A stretch of DNA of 64,000 nt from assembly GCF_030144855.1 (NCBI RefSeq), contig NC_082731.1, positions 11,222,001 through 11,286,000 of the forward strand. Reading direction: 5' to 3'. A program made the position numbers and the translations under genes. Positions 47,351-60,769 of the stretch are shown in pieces. Under the pieces are notes generated by a model that worked only from the letters and a program-made list of their open reading frames with translations, was not told where the DNA came from and did no database searches. The DNA is from Hypanus sabinus. Taxonomy: Eukaryota. Each line of letters opens with the position of its first letter. Within the stretch, counting starts at the first letter, position 1.

Positions 47351-48739
47351 CAGATCTTGTATGTGTGCTCCTATTTGAAAGGGCTGTTGATTCATTTGAT
47401 TCCAAAGTTTTAAGTACAATTACTGTCAAAATATGTATACATTATACAACCTTGTGATTTGTCTCCTCCCAGGCAGTCATGAAACAAAAAACCTCCCAAA
47501 TATAAAAAAAAAAATGGTAAATGCCAAAGGTGCAGAGAATGAAAAACACAGATCAAATGATGCAAACAATAAAGGCAAGCAAATAGCTTTCAGAACAGAA
47601 GTCTGCAGAGAGTCTGTGCACAGATCCATAGTTCAGTGCAGAGTGGAGTCCCTTGCCTCAGGACATCCTATCCTTTTCAAACAGTCCTGGTGCTTAAAAC
47701 CTCATCCAACTATTGGGTTCAGTCACTTTATTGTGCTTTGGGACCTGTACCTGAACTTTCTGATTTGGCTCAACACTTGAATCGTCATCCAAACATCAGG
47801 TATTGTCACTTCAAAACACTCTGGAGCCTGGATCCCACCGGCACAATTTCACTTGTACCCAAACCCTCTGATTCTATCGGGTGCTTAGAGTGATCGATCA
47901 TCGGGTTTTCCTTCCTCCTGGTGACCGGCCCACTGCCTCGCCTTGCCTTGGCTCCAGCACACTGAATTGCCTCCATATCCAAATAGAAGTTACTGACAAT
48001 TGCTTGCAATAACTGTTTTTCAGGGGGAAAAAGTGGTTAACTAAGTACTTAGTTGTTTTCCTTGTTCCGTTAGCCATCAGCTAGAAGTCACTGAGATTCG
48101 CCAGCGTCATCTTAAATCAGAACTCCATTGTGTAGTCCCAAATGTTCTGCAAATTCCTTTCCTTTAACTTTTTTTTTGGAGTTCCAATTCCCTCCCATAA
48201 ATGACAATATAATCTTCATCCTCCACTTTTTATTGCCTTGTATTCCAGATCACAACTGGCCTAATCATTGCCTTTTTCCCTAGGTACTGTAATTGATGTG
48301 ATGCTTTGAACTCCAGATTATAATACACAAAAGGCATAATACTTTCTACATTAATTTTGGCTGTATAATACTAATTTCACTGTATGTTTTGATATGCATG
48401 TGAAAAATAAATAAATTTAAACCTGAACAAAATCTGTGGTTTTTCATCTTGACTCCCACAGTTCCTGTGTGATGCGAACACATGGTGGTGCGAATGCATC
48501 TTTAGCAACTTCAGAATTATGCAAATTCCTCTCGCACAACAATCGGTATGAACCAAATAAAAAAACCTTCCTTTGCAGCACACAATTTGCCACTTGGAAA
48601 TACATTTATAGTCTTAGCAGCTGCAGGGTTGTACGACCAGATAGAAGGAAGCCTTCAACATAGGACTTGTTCAAGTTAAATACTCTGACAAATCTTTTCA
48701 AATTCTTTAAGCTATTCATAAGCAGCAGGGTCAAAGGAA

Positions 48740-49970
48740 AATCAATGCATCCCTGCACCTGGATTTTCATAAGGCATTTGTCAAGGCGCCACGTGCCACA
48801 CATGAGGCTGCTGAAGAAGTTACACACATAAAATTCTGGAGGATCTCAGCAGGCCAGGCAGCATCTATGGAAAAGAGAGCAGTCAATGTTTTGGGCTGAG
48901 ACCCTTCATTAGGATGCTACTATGGGAAATATACTAGCATGGAGATAGCTTTGGCTGATTGGCAGGAGGCAATAACTGGTGATAAAGGTCGCTTTTTCTT
49001 GTTGGCTGCCGGTGACCAGTTATATTCCACAGGGGTTTGTAGTGGGACCACTTCTTTTTACCTTATATATGTCAATGCTTTGGATAATGAAATTGCTGCT
49101 AAGTTTGCTGATGATACAAAGACAGCTGGAAGGGTACATAGTGTTCAGGAAGCAGAGGTAACTGAGTGCTTGGACTGATGAGGAGAATGGGCAAAGAAGT
49201 GGCAGATGGATTACAGTATCAGAAAGTTTATGGTCATGCCCTTTAGAAGAAAACTATTTCAGAAATGGTGAGAAAATAGGAATATCTGTGGTGCAAAGGG
49301 ACTTGAGAGTCTGCGGACAGGATTCCCTTAAGGTTAATTTGCAGGTTTAGTCGGCGGTGGGGAAAGCAAATGTGATGTTAGCATTCATTTCGAGAGGACT
49401 AGAATATCAAAGCAAGGAAGTAATGTTGAGGCTTTATAAAGCACTGGTGAGACCTCACTTGGAATATTATGACCCCTTACCTAAGAAAGATTGTGCTGAC
49501 ATTGGAGAGGGATCAAAGGAGGTTCACAAGCATCAGGTCAGGATTGAAAGGTTTATCATATGAGGAACTTTTGATATCTCTGTGTCTGTACTCACTGGAA
49601 TTCATGAGGGGAGTATCTTATTAAATCTATTGAATATTGAAAGGTCTCAATAGAGTGAATGTGGAAAGGATCTTTTCAAAAGTGGGGAAGTCTAAGACCA
49701 GATGACACAGCCTCAGAATAGAGGGACAGTTGGAATGGAGATCAGAAGGAAATTCTTTAGCTAGAGGCTGGTGAAGCTATGGAATTCATCACTAAGGCAG
49801 CTGTGCAGGCTGAATCATTTGTGTATTAAAGGTTGAGGTTTATAGATTCTTGCTTTGTCAGAGCACGAAGGGGTATGGGGAGAAAACAGGACACTGGGGC
49901 TGACTGGAAATGGATCAACCATGATGAAATGGTGGAGCAGAATTAATGGGCCAAATTGCCTAAACTGGAG
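48740..49970 (+). mobile_element. CR1 LINE RT to 3' end, interrupted by a ~90-bp Penelope terminal-repeat piece (48826-48915)
   Basis: AKFADDTKTAG and KANVMLAFISRGLEYQSKEVMLRLYKALVRPHLEY. The insert reads cacataaaattctggaggatctcagcaggccaggcagcatc...ttgggctgagacccttcattagga. Confidence 0.9.
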
Positions 49971-50350
49971 GTATGCTGCAATGAGATAATTTTGTGTTTG
50001 TGTCTTTCTGCCTATCCAAGCTCACGCCAAGCACCTTTATTTGTAACAAAACAAGTACAGCCCAGGAACAGGCTACTTGGCATATGATGATTGAGCTTAA
50101 CATGATTAACTGAAACTAATCCCTTCTGCCTGCATCCATATCCCTGCAGACCCTATACATCCACGAAGCCGTCCAAAAACCAATTAAATACTCCTATTCT
50201 AATTCCAGTAATTTGAATGTAGCAGTCTCTCAGGGGCCAACCAAGGGTGAATTTCTAAACACAAATTACACTGCAGATGCTGTGGTCAAATCAAAACGTA
50301 CAAACAAGCTGGATGAACTCAGCAGATCGGGCAGCATCCGTTGAAATGAG

Positions 50351-50388
50351 CAGTCAACGTTTCGGGCCGAGACCCTTCATCAGGACTG
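50351..50388 (-). ncRNA. Minimal type I hammerhead ribozyme motif
   Basis: Minus strand CAGUC-CUGAUGA-A-GGGUCUCGGCCC-GAAAC-GUU-GACUG: stem I CAGUC/GACUG, conserved core, stem II GGG/CCC, loopless palindromic stem III AACGUU. Confidence 0.75.
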
Positions 50389-51949
50389 AAGAAGGAGGCC
50401 TTACGCTACTTTCTTGACAATAGACCTCACCAGTTCCCCAACATCACCACGCTCCTCCGGTTGGCGGAACTGGTACCAAGACTTAATAACTTCTTTTTCG
50501 GCTCTTCCCACTTTCTTCAGACTAAGGGTGTAGCTATGAGGACTTGCATGGGCCCCAGCTATGCCTGACTCTTCATGGGTTATGTGGAACAGTCTATGCT
50601 CCAAATCTGTACTGGTACTGCTCCCCAACTTCTGCTTCACTACATTGACGACTACATTGGTGATGCTTCCTGTACCCATGCTGAGCTTGTCAATTTCATC
50701 GACTTTGCCTCCAACTTTCACCCAGCACTCAAGTTCACTTGGTCCATCTCAGACACTTCTCTCCCCTTCCCCGATCTTTCAGTCTCCCATCTCTGGAGAC
50801 AGACTGTCCACTGACATCTTCTATAAACCCACTGACACCCATAACTAACTTGATTATACCTCTTCCAACCCTGCCAAATGTAAAAATATCATTCCCTATT
50901 CCCAGTTCCTGCATCTCCGTCGCATCTGCTCCCAGGATGAGGCTTTCTGTTCCAGGACATCTCAAATGTCCTCTTACTTTAAGAATCATGGTTTCTCTTC
51001 TGCCATCACCAATGATGCCCTCACCAGCATCACCTCCATTTCCCGCACTTCGGCCCTCATCCTATCCTCCCGTCACCACAACAGGGACCGTGTTCCACTT
51101 GTCCTCACCTACCACCCCACCAGCCTCCGGATATAGCATATTATCCTTCGCAACTTCTGCCACCTTCACCAGGATCCGACCACAAAGCACATCTTTCCCT
51201 CTCTACCCCCTCTGCATTTCGCATGGATTGTTCCCTCTGCAACTGCTCGGTCCACATGTCCCTCCCCACAGATCTCCCACCTGGTACTTATCCCTGCAAG
51301 CGTAAGTGCTACACTTGTCCCTACACCTCATCACTTACCACCATTCAGGGCCCCAAACAGTCCTTCCAAGTGAGGCAACACTTCACTTGTGAGTCTGTTG
51401 GGGTCATCTATTGTATCCGGTGCTCCTGGTGCGGCCTCCTCTACATCAGCGAGACCCAACGCAGATTGGGGGACCGCTTCATTGAGCACCTCCACTCCGT
51501 CCGCCACAACAGATAGGATCTCCCGGTTGCCACCCACTTCAACTCTGCTTCACATTCTCATTCGGATACGTCCATACTTGGCCTCCTCTACTGCCATGCT
51601 GAGGCCAAATTCAGGTTGGAGGAGCAACACTTCATATACCATCTGGGTAGTCTCCAGCCCCTTGGTATGATCATCAAATTTTCCAATTTCTGGTAATTCC
51701 CTCCGTCTCTCTTCCCCCCTCCCACTTTCACTCTGCCTTCTCTTCTAGCTGCCTATCACCCCTCTCATGATTCTGTCTTCTTCTACTAACCATTGTGCTT
51801 TCTCCTTAGATTCCTTCTTTAGTTTTCCTGCCGATCCCCTCCATGCTTCTCCTCCCCCAACCTTTGATCTTTCCTCTCATTGGTTTTTCACCTGGCACCT
51901 TCCACCCTACCCCCACCTTCTTTTTAGGGCCCCTGCCCCCTCCTTCTTA

Positions 51950-51985
51950 AGTCCTGATGAAGTGTCTCGGAATGAAACGTTGACT
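51950..51985 (+). ncRNA. Hammerhead ribozyme motif with disrupted stem II
   Basis: AGUC-CUGAUGA-agugucucggaau-GAAAC-GUU-GACU. The core is intact but stem II pairing is lost. Confidence 0.5.
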
Positions 51986-53399
51986 GCTCGTTTCAACGGA
52001 TGCTGCCCAAAGGGTGAATTTCTCTTTTTAAAATTTCTTTTTTATGTTAGTAAAACTATACTGGACTCCTTGAATGAATACAGGTCTAACACATCAGTGG
52101 TCTGTTCATTGTTTGAAGCCACCAGCTGGGGTGCCAAAAGAGCTGGTGGACGAGTCGGAGAAGGGGAAATTGGCACTGGGCTCGGCGAAAGAGAAGCCAA
52201 TGCTTGGCTAGGAGAAGAAGCAGGCGGACGGGCCGGACTGTTTCAGATGAGCTGTCCTGGGTGCAGACCAGACTGCATTAGAGTTGGTGTGCTAAGGCAA
52301 CGTGCATTGTAACCATGAGTGACTCTCTTGGACATTTCGCTTGCAATTGCAAGACCCTGTTGGACATTGATAATCTGAAATGCTGCAGGCCTTTTTCCCT
52401 TGTTTGGTGATGAGACAGGCAAAGAGGCTGCAGTGTAGCCTCTGTAGTAGCGAAAACTTGGGCTGAAGTGGGTTTGCCTGTATTATAGTCTAGGAGAGAC
52501 AACACTGGAGGCGGTGTAGCGTGGAGTCCATGTTCGTTTGGGAGGTGGCCTCTCCGATCAGAGCTGCCCTCCTGTGTTCAACTGGTGGAATGACATGCTG
52601 GATTGACAGGAGCTGTACCATCAATTTGCATGTCACTCAGGGATTTGGAGTATACATTTGTTTTTTTTTTGTATAAAGATGTGTGTTATGTTTTTCTCTC
52701 TCTCTCTCTCAGAATTTTGAATGCATGTTATGCACTTTGACCACTGAGGAATGATGTCTTGTTCGACTGTATCCATGTATGGTTTGAATGATAATTAAAC
52801 TTGATTTGATTTGGTATGTGTCTGCTTCCACCATCAACCTGGCAGTGGGTTAAAGGAACCAACCACTGCCTAAAAGCCTTCCCCCACTAATCTCCATTAT
52901 CTTTCCCAATCTGGCCTAAGAGTGGTGCCTTATGAATTTTGAAAATTCTAATCTGGGAGAAAGATTCCAACTGTTTCTCTCTTATAATTCCTTTTAGTTA
53001 GCTTCCACCTGCTTATCATTACTTCCCAGATCAAAACTAACTTTCAAAAAGCTTTATTTGTTAATTATCCAGGCAGATATGTTTCTTGATTAAATATATT
53101 TGTAGCATGTTTCCATTTAAGTGTTAATTGAGGCTTCAGAGAGAGAAGATGTGTTGTGGTAAAGCCCCCAACAAAATCTGCAAGTCTGCAAAAAAACTTT
53201 CTGGTGAAGGCAAAGCAGTAGAAGCCACGCACTCTTATGGAGAATATGAATCAAATTAGCCTGACATTCATTTATTCTCCTGCTTGTTGCAAGCAGGATA
53301 GCTGCAGCTGATGGACACTCAGCCAAATGGTACCAGAATCATTGACATATGTGGTTAAATTTGTTGTTATGCAGATAAAAAGACTGATTTAGAGGAAGT

Positions 53400-54720
53400 A
53401 TATAATCTTGATATATACTGCAATTCAGTTCCAAATACATATATATTAAAAAGTTAAAATAAGTAAGTAGTGCAAAATTAGTGAGGTAGTGTTCATGGGT
53501 TCAATGTCCTTTCAGAAATCGGATAGCAGATCAGAAGAAGCTGTTCCTGAATCATTGAGTGTATGTCTTCAGGCTCCTGTACCTCCACACTGATCATGTC
53601 AATGAGAAGAGGGCATGTCCTGGGTGATGAGGGCCCTTAATGATGGATGTTGCCGTATTAAAGCATCGCTCATTAAAAATGTTGAGGGTGCTGTGGAAGC
53701 TGCTGCCCATGATGAAATTGTCAGAGTTTACAATTTTCTTCAGCTTATTTCAATTCTGTGCAATGCTTCCCTGGTACTAGACAGTTATTCAGCCGGATAG
53801 ACTGCTCTCCACAATACATCTATATATATTTGCAAGTGTCTTTGGTGACATACCAAATCCTCTCAAGCTCCACATGAAATATAACGCACTGTGTGCTTTA
53901 TTGTAACTGCATTGATATGTTGGGTCCAGGATGGATCCTCAGAGATCTGGACACCCACAATCTTGAAATTGCTTACTCTAAGCATTTCTGATCCTTCTGT
54001 GAGGACTGGTGTGTGTTCCCTCGTGTTACATTTTCTGAAGGTTACTATCAACTCTTTGGTCTTACTGACACTGAGTGCAAGGTTGTTGCTGGGACACCAT
54101 TCAACTAGTTGATCGATCTGGCTCCTATACGCCTTCTTGTCACCATAAGAAATGCTGCCAACAATAGTTGTGTCATCAGCAAATTTATAGATGGCATTTG
54201 CATTGTCTTGCCACACAGTCATGGATGCAGAGAAAGCAATGCAGTCAGCTGAGCACATATCCTTGAGGTGTGCCCGTGTTGAATATCAGCAAGGTGCAGA
54301 TGTTAACCCTGATCCGCAGAGGCTGTGGACTTCCAGTGAGGAAGTCGAGGATCTAGTTGCAGAGGGAAGCAGAGAAGCTGAGATTTTGGATGTTTTTGAT
54401 GAGACCTGTGGGCATCATTGTGTTATACACTGATCTGTAGTCAATAAGCAGCAGCCCGATAGAAGTATTAGTGTGGTACAGGTGATCCAAGGCTTAATGA
54501 ATATTCAATGTGATCACAGCCTCTGCAGACCTATTGCAGCAACAGGCAGCTTGCCGTGGGTTCAGGTCCTTTCTGAGACAGGAGTTGATTTTAGCCATAA
54601 CAAACCTCTAAATGCATTTTATCACCGTAGATGTGAGTGCCACTGGATGATAGTTGATACCCTGCTCTCCTTGGGCACAGGTATGATTTTTGTCCTTTTG
54701 AAGCTAGTGGGGACTTCTGA
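53400..54720 (-). mobile_element. Rex1/Babar-type LINE RT fragment
   Basis: AIYKFADDTTIVGSIS.GD..AYRSQIDQLVEWC..NNLALSVSKTKELIV.FRK...VSNFKIVGVQISEDPSWTQHI. Confidence 0.9.
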
Positions 54721-54779
54721 CTGTAGAAGAGATTGAAAATATTTTTGAACATACTCACCAGTTGATTGGCACGAAGATC

Positions 54780-55562
54780 ATGGCAAGCTTGGTTTTACCA
54801 TAAAACCAGGTCGAGCCAAAAGGATCAGACCAGTTATGCTCACAGATCTCGATTTTGCAGATGACATAGTCCTGCTCTCTGTCCAGAGGGAGGAAGCATA
54901 GCAGCTACTGACAAAAGTGGAAATTGAGTGCAATAACTTTGGACGTCACTTAAATGCTAAAAGGATAGAGTATATGGCATCCAATTGTGATGACGGTATT
55001 CTCAAGACTGTAAAGAGTGATACCATTAAGGAAGACCTGGATTTCAAGTATCTCGGGTCCGGAATGACAAGTTCAGAGAAGGCAGAAAGATACGGAAGTG
55101 CAGGCATGGAAGACTATGAATGACATGAAGGAAATCTGGAGGTCGAACCTGAACAGAGGGCTCAGAAAGAGGATCTTCATAGCAGTCCTAGAGTCCATTC
55201 TCATGTACAGATGCGAGGTGTAGGCACTCACCAAGACCATGCAAAAGTCACTGGATGGTTGCTATGTACAAATGCTCCGGATGGATCTTGACGTGAGTTG
55301 GCAACGGCACATGTCGGATGTCGAGCTCAATGACGACCTATCGATGCTGACTACTAAAACTGAGGCGAGAAGACTGTAACAGGCGGGGCACTATCTACGC
55401 CACCCTGAGCTACCTGCCAGTCTAGTCATCACATGGGAGCCCAAGCATGGGAGGATGAACCTTGGGTGCCTTTGCAAGAGTATAGTCAGCACGCTCCTGG
55501 AAGATAGCGCAGCAGCTAACGCAGATGAACTGAACACACTGATGAAGTAGTAGTAGTAGTAA
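54780..55562 (+). mobile_element. RTE/RTEX-clade LINE 3' fragment with (GTA)n tail
   Basis: MLTDLDFADDIVLLS...LLTKVEIECN, DFKYLGS, AGHYLRHPELPASLVITWEPKHGRMN. Ends gtagtagtagtagta near 55547-55561. Confidence 0.85.
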
Positions 55563-55774
55563 TGGGCACAGTGTTTCGGAACCCTACAAGGTACCTCATC
55601 CAGGCAGGTCACCTTGCTAGGGTTCACCCTCTTGAAAGATGATCTGATGTCAGCTTCGAGACAGTGATCCGAGTGTCACTGGGTGCTGTAGGGGTCCTCA
55701 TAGCTGTAGCTTTATTCTTCCTTTCAAGGCATGCATAGATAATATTGAACTCATCAGGCAGTGAAGCATCACTG

Positions 55775-56125
55775 ACCTTCAAGATGTGGAGAGGATGTTT
55801 CGTATTCTGAAAAAGTCTAGGACCAGAGGATAGAGTCTCAGAATAGAGGGATCTCCTTTTTAGAATAGTCATCAGTAGAAATTTGGTTCACCAGAGAGTG
55901 GTGACTCTGTGGAATTCTTTGCCACCAGCAACTTTGGAGGCCAAATCTTTATGTATGTTCAAGGCAGAGGTTGGTAGATCCTTGACTGGTCAAGTCACGA
56001 TGGGATACAGGGAGAAGACAGTAGATTGGGGCTGAGTGGAAAATTGGTTCAGCTATGATGAAATGGTGAAACAGATGTGATGGGCCAACTGGCCTAATTC
56101 TGCTCCTATATCTTATGGTCTTATG
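55775..56125 (+). mobile_element. CR1 LINE 3' end inserted in a minus-strand Rex1-like fragment
   Basis: ...gagtggtgactctgtggaattctttgccacc...ggcctaattctgctcctatatcttatggtcttatg. Confidence 0.85.
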
Positions 56126-56129
56126 TTAG

Positions 56130-56730
56130 GTTTTGTCTTGTGGGAAGTACTAGCCTGCAAAACCTGCCAGGGTTGCAGTGCATCCAGTTCTGCCTTTCAC
56201 CTCAATTGGAACTGTTCTTTTGCTCTTGAGATAGCCCTCTGTAAGTTGTACCTGGCTTTCTTATGTAGTCCTGGATCACCACAGATCTAGTCCTCAGCAT
56301 ACTGCGAACCTTCTGTTTCATCCACAGCTTTTGATTCAGATATGCACAGTATGTTCTCGAAGGCACACTTTCATTGGCACAGGTTTTAATGAGATCAGTG
56401 AGATCAGTGGCATACTCACTTAGAATCTCTGAATACAGTCCAGTCCACTGACTCAAAGCAATCCTGTAGGCACTCCTGCACCTCTCTTGTCCATACTTTC
56501 ATGGTCCTCACTACTGGTGCTGCAGTCTATAGTCTCTGCCTCTGCTCAGGAAGTAGGAGTACAGTCAGGTGATCAAACATTCTAAAGTATAGGTGTGGGT
56601 TGGAATATAAAGTGTTCTTGATGATAGTGTGACAGTGGTCCAGTATGTTGGCTCCTCTGGTTCCAGAAATGAAATGTTGGTAATAATTATTTAGAGACTG
56701 TTTCAAGGTCTCTGTCACACTCAACGTGCC
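56130..56730 (-). mobile_element. Rex1/Babar-type LINE endonuclease/linker fragment (continues at 55565-55770)
   Basis: YYQHFISGTRGANILDHCHTIIKN...HLYFRMFDHLTVLLLPEQRQRL and EYATDLTDLIKTC.NESVPSRT...NQKLWM. Confidence 0.8.
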
Positions 56731-57479
56731 ATCAATTCTGCCAGCCAAATCACTGATATATAATGTGAAAGAAGCCGTCCCACACCGCCCCCTGTGCAGC
56801 ATCGTTAGTCATTGCCAGACAACTCAAAAAACCTCACTTTACTTCCTGACATTTAGCCAATATTCTATATGTGCTAGTATCCTTCCTTTAATGCCATGGA
56901 CTCTTACCTTTTAAGTGGTCTCATGTACAACCTTTGTCAAAGGCTTTTAAACAATATCCACTTACTCTCCTTTGTCTGTCCTGCCGGTTATTTTTCCTAA
57001 AAGAAATGCAACAGATTTGTCAGACAAGATTTGCCCCTTTGAAATATGCTGAATTTGGCTTATTTTTCACTTGCCTCCAAGTACCCCAAAACATGCAATT
57101 GACAGTTGCATTTTTCCACTCCTCCAGAACAATTCCAGAATTTATTGATTCATATATGATCACTACTAATACCTCCACAATCACTTCAGCTACCACTCAC
57201 AGAACACTGAGGTGATGTCCATCTGGTAGGTGAACATTCTACCTTTCAGTTTCCCATGCACTTTCTCCTTGGTTCAGATTGAGTACACCTGATCTGAAAT
57301 TCCAACATCTGAAAACCTCTGAAATCAGAACTTTTTGTGCACCACAAACAGTTCTGAGAAATTGGAGTGAAGCTACACTGCTTAACAGTATGCTGATCAT
57401 GTAAGAAGATGTACCTTTCAAGTTCTGGTAAACCATTAGGGGACGATGGAGCTTCAATCTAATCCAATGATGACATTTT

Positions 57480-57805
57480 TGGTATTGTTATTGTTAAGTA
57501 GGGGTGAATCAAACAAGTGGACAGGATTTGAGAGTTAGGGAGCAAAAATTTAAGTGTAACATGAGGGGGAACTTCTTTACTCAGAGAGCAGTAGCTGTGT
57601 GGAACGACCTTCCAGTAGAAGTGGTCGAGGCAGGTTTGGTGTTGTCATTTAAAGTAAAATTAGATATGTATATGGACAGGAAATGAATGGAGGGTTATGG
57701 GCTGAGTGCAGGCACTGGGACTAGGCGAGTGTAAGTGTCTGCATCGACTAGAAGGGCCGAGTTGGCCTGTTTCCGTGCTGTAATTGTTATATGGTTATAT
57801 GGCTG
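57480..57805 (+). mobile_element. CR1 LINE 3' end
   Basis: KFKCNMRGNFFTQRAVAVWNDLPVEVVEAG...KVKLDMYMDRK, with an (ATGGTTAT)n tail. Confidence 0.9.
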
Positions 57806-58424
57806 ACTCAAATCTAAGCCTGTGTTTCCAATATGGTATCTGTTTCTACTTTGCTGAAGTTGAAATTGTTTTTGTTATCATTCTGCTTTAAAGTTGATCT
57901 TGTTTAGCACTGTATTCAGGATAAAACTTGTGAAAATCATTAGCTAGCAACTGAAAAGCAAGTTTTCAAATAACGTTGTTTGGCTACATCCTCAATTTTC
58001 CATGAAACCTCTTTACTGCCAGTCTTCCTGTCAGAATGGTTGAGGGCAAATTTGGCTTCACATTATTACAGGAACATTGATATGCTATAGGAGAACAAAT
58101 AACACAGGCTGCTATTCCACAATAATGCCACTCATAGGTTGGTGGAGGAAAACATCATATTCCAGCCAGTTAGCATCCAATGTGCAACATTAACATTGAT
58201 TTCTGAAAATTTCTCCAGATCCTTCTCCTTTTCCATTGCCCATTCCAGTTCTCTATTTCCCCTTCTTTTCAGCTCAGCAAGCATTGCTGAGCACAAACTT
58301 TTACATAGATTTAAAACTGTGCAGCACTTTTTTTTCTTTCTATTAATCCTATTATGAATATTTAGAATAAAAATTGAAAATCACATACTTTGGATTTTAT
58401 TTATTAATTGGTGTATAATGATAC

Positions 58425-59254
58425 TGTTAAGTACCCGTGGGTATCTTGCACTTGTCACGTGACAGTGGTGTTGAAGATATGCTGGACCAAAGGTAGAGGT
58501 CTTGTGATGGTGGAGTGATGTCACTTTCCCACCAGTAGATGTCATCTGACCGTTTTTTTTCCCCCAGTGTGTAAAAGGAGGACCCCTCCTTGCGAGGAGG
58601 GGCGGTTTGTGGCTGGATGTGACATTTTGACTCCATGCCACTTCGTGGTCCAATATTATGACGCAGTTTGGTTGAAAGGTAGAGTTTTATTTAGTGCCTA
58701 AAGTTTAAAAGGTCATTGCTGGCAGTTTCTTTATAATACTGCCAGTTAAAAATCAGTGGAGTGAAGATCGGAGTTCGGGATTTAAAAGATCGAGGGAAGT
58801 CGATTTCGACGGTGAACAGATTTGACCTTCTTTGATCTTCATTCGGTAGGAATTCATTGGCTGTCCCCGTGCTAACCCCTGCAAATAATAGCAAAAAGGG
58901 ACGGGTCCAGTTTTGTCAGGGACAGGTCAGTGCCTTTAAGCTATTTCATTTTCATCTTCATAAATTCTCCGGGAAAAGTATAGTTCGACTGGGAACCACA
59001 ACAAAACGACATGAAATGTCATTACAGTCCTTTAATGAACTGTAAGCTTTGTGAACTTTCACAGTACTACTTTGAAGAATTGTTTTTGCAACATCGCTTT
59101 AAGGACTGTATAAGCTGCCGCACAGCAGCTGATTTCTGGTTGCGTTAGTCGTTTGTTTACTTTCGGGTTTTTTTTTCAGTGTTTAATAAATGTTTTATTT
59201 GTTATAAAAACAACCTGCTTCCCTTATATATTTATTGTTGCTGAATCCGTAACA
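58425..59254 (+). mobile_element. Probable solo LTR (830 bp)
   Basis: TGTTAA...GTAACA termini and AATAAA near the 3' end (~59184). Flanks ATAC/ATAT match a 4-bp TSD at 3 of 4 positions. CpG-richer than the flanks. Confidence 0.65.
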
Positions 59255-59928
59255 ATATACATAACAACATGGAAATTCTATCACATTTTGTAAACTTTGT
59301 CATCTGTCTTTATTACAAATCTAGAACACTGCCCATATTAATTTCAAATCTAGATGACATACCTCTTATCACTCTTTCCTTTATATCTGGGCAGGGACCA
59401 CAGACAATGCCTTCTCCCCTCTTGGAGTGCTGCACATCCTTTAGGCTTCATCAATCAGGCTTTTCTTTCTGTTAGACAAATGATTAGCTGGAGCTTGTTC
59501 AATTTGGTCTGCAGATGGTGTCTTCACAAATTGGAATACATAAAATAAAAATTTGAAGTGAGACTTTTGTTGCTTAATCCAGTAATCTTCAGCAGATCAT
59601 CTAAATGTTCCACTTCTGGTCAATTTCTGAATTTACGTTTGATTGAATTCAGCAGACTAAATTGACATTCAGTCAGCAATAGAAGCTTGAAATATTCCAA
59701 TGATGTCAACAAGAATTGACAGTTCTTCACTTCTGAGGATCTAGCTCAACTTATCAGTGAATGTCTTAATTGAACAAGTCTTCACTTTCTCAGAAATTAC
59801 TAATTTTAAATCACAGTAATGTTGTGATATATTTGAGGCAACACTTCCTTCATAGTTCATTTTATTAGCTGAGTATTTTTGGTTAGTCATACAACATTCA
59901 CTTTCCAGATTCAAAACTGGTATATCTG

Positions 59929-60561
59929 TGTAACCCTTACCCAACAGGCTGGTATATGTCTAGGGGAAACAGGAGATCCAGCCACTCACCAACCCACCTC
60001 CCGTACACGCAGGTGCTGTGAGAATCGAGTTTTATGCCTCGCGCCCGCCAACAGTATCAAACCCACAACAAATACCGTTATGACATACACTTTACAGAGT
60101 TTACTAAAATTAAAAGAGTAGTAGGCAATACTATATATATATATATATATATACACACAAGGAAAAAAACAAAAGGCGCCAACTTATCAAAGTTCAGTCT
60201 GTTCAGTGCACTCGTTGGAGCTCAATCAACGAACCAATCGACCCATCGTCGCTTGCCTCCGACCTCCACGTCTTCGCCACTAGGACCACGCCCGGGGGTC
60301 TTCCGAGCAGTGCCACGCATGTCCACCTTCCTCGACCTCTTCCTCCCGCCCCCAAAAAAACCCGCGAAAACCCCTCCCCCAAGTTCCCAGCATCACAAGA
60401 CACAATGACATTCCCCATTGGTTAACAAATGAATACAATTACCATATCAACCATTCTAAAATGAAACAACGGCGAGAGAAACACTTATCCGACAAAGAAA
60501 CATTCCTACTTGTAACAAACCAAAGAGGCCATTTTGAGTAACATACCCAGGACATTGTACA
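59929..60561. mobile_element. Probable solo LTR related to 17486-18190
   Basis: Starts TGTAACCC and shares aaaaggcgccaa(a)cttatcaaagt and cgttggagctcaat with the 17.5-kb LTR. The 3' end at ...TGTACA is tentative (flanks TCTG/ACTG). Confidence 0.6.
60132..60153. repeat. (TA)n microsatellite inside the putative LTR
   Basis: About 11 TA units. Confidence 0.9.
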
Positions 60562-60769
60562 ACTGCAATAGCAACAGGGTCAAAAGTTTGCCACCTCTTG
60601 ACTCATCGTCAAGAAATCTATTATCTGAGCAATGACACACATTAGAGCCTGTGAGGAGGGAGGATTTGGGAATCTTGAGAAATGGAATTTCTTTGACAAA
60701 TGGAATCAACAGAGGTAATTATTGTTTGGATTCCTCTGCTCAGAGTATATAGTCTTGGAGAAAAGTACA

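Larger units (their letters stand above)
50257..52009 (+). mobile_element. 5'-truncated, 5'-inverted Penelope-like element (RT plus GIY-YIG) with 14-bp TSD
   Basis: Body encodes TTLLRLAEL...GVAMRTCMGPSYA...HYIDDYIG...NFHPALKFTW and IYCIRCSWCGLLYISETQRRLGDRFIEH. 50329-50398 is the inverse of 51939-52008. TSD AAGGGTGAATTTCT at 50243-50256 and 52010-52023. Confidence 0.95.

Noticed and set aside
52100-52810. GC-rich stretch as a promoter or first exon
   Set aside because: It ends in a ttgatttgattt-type tail and looks like an interspersed repeat I cannot classify. There is no supportable ORF or splice structure.
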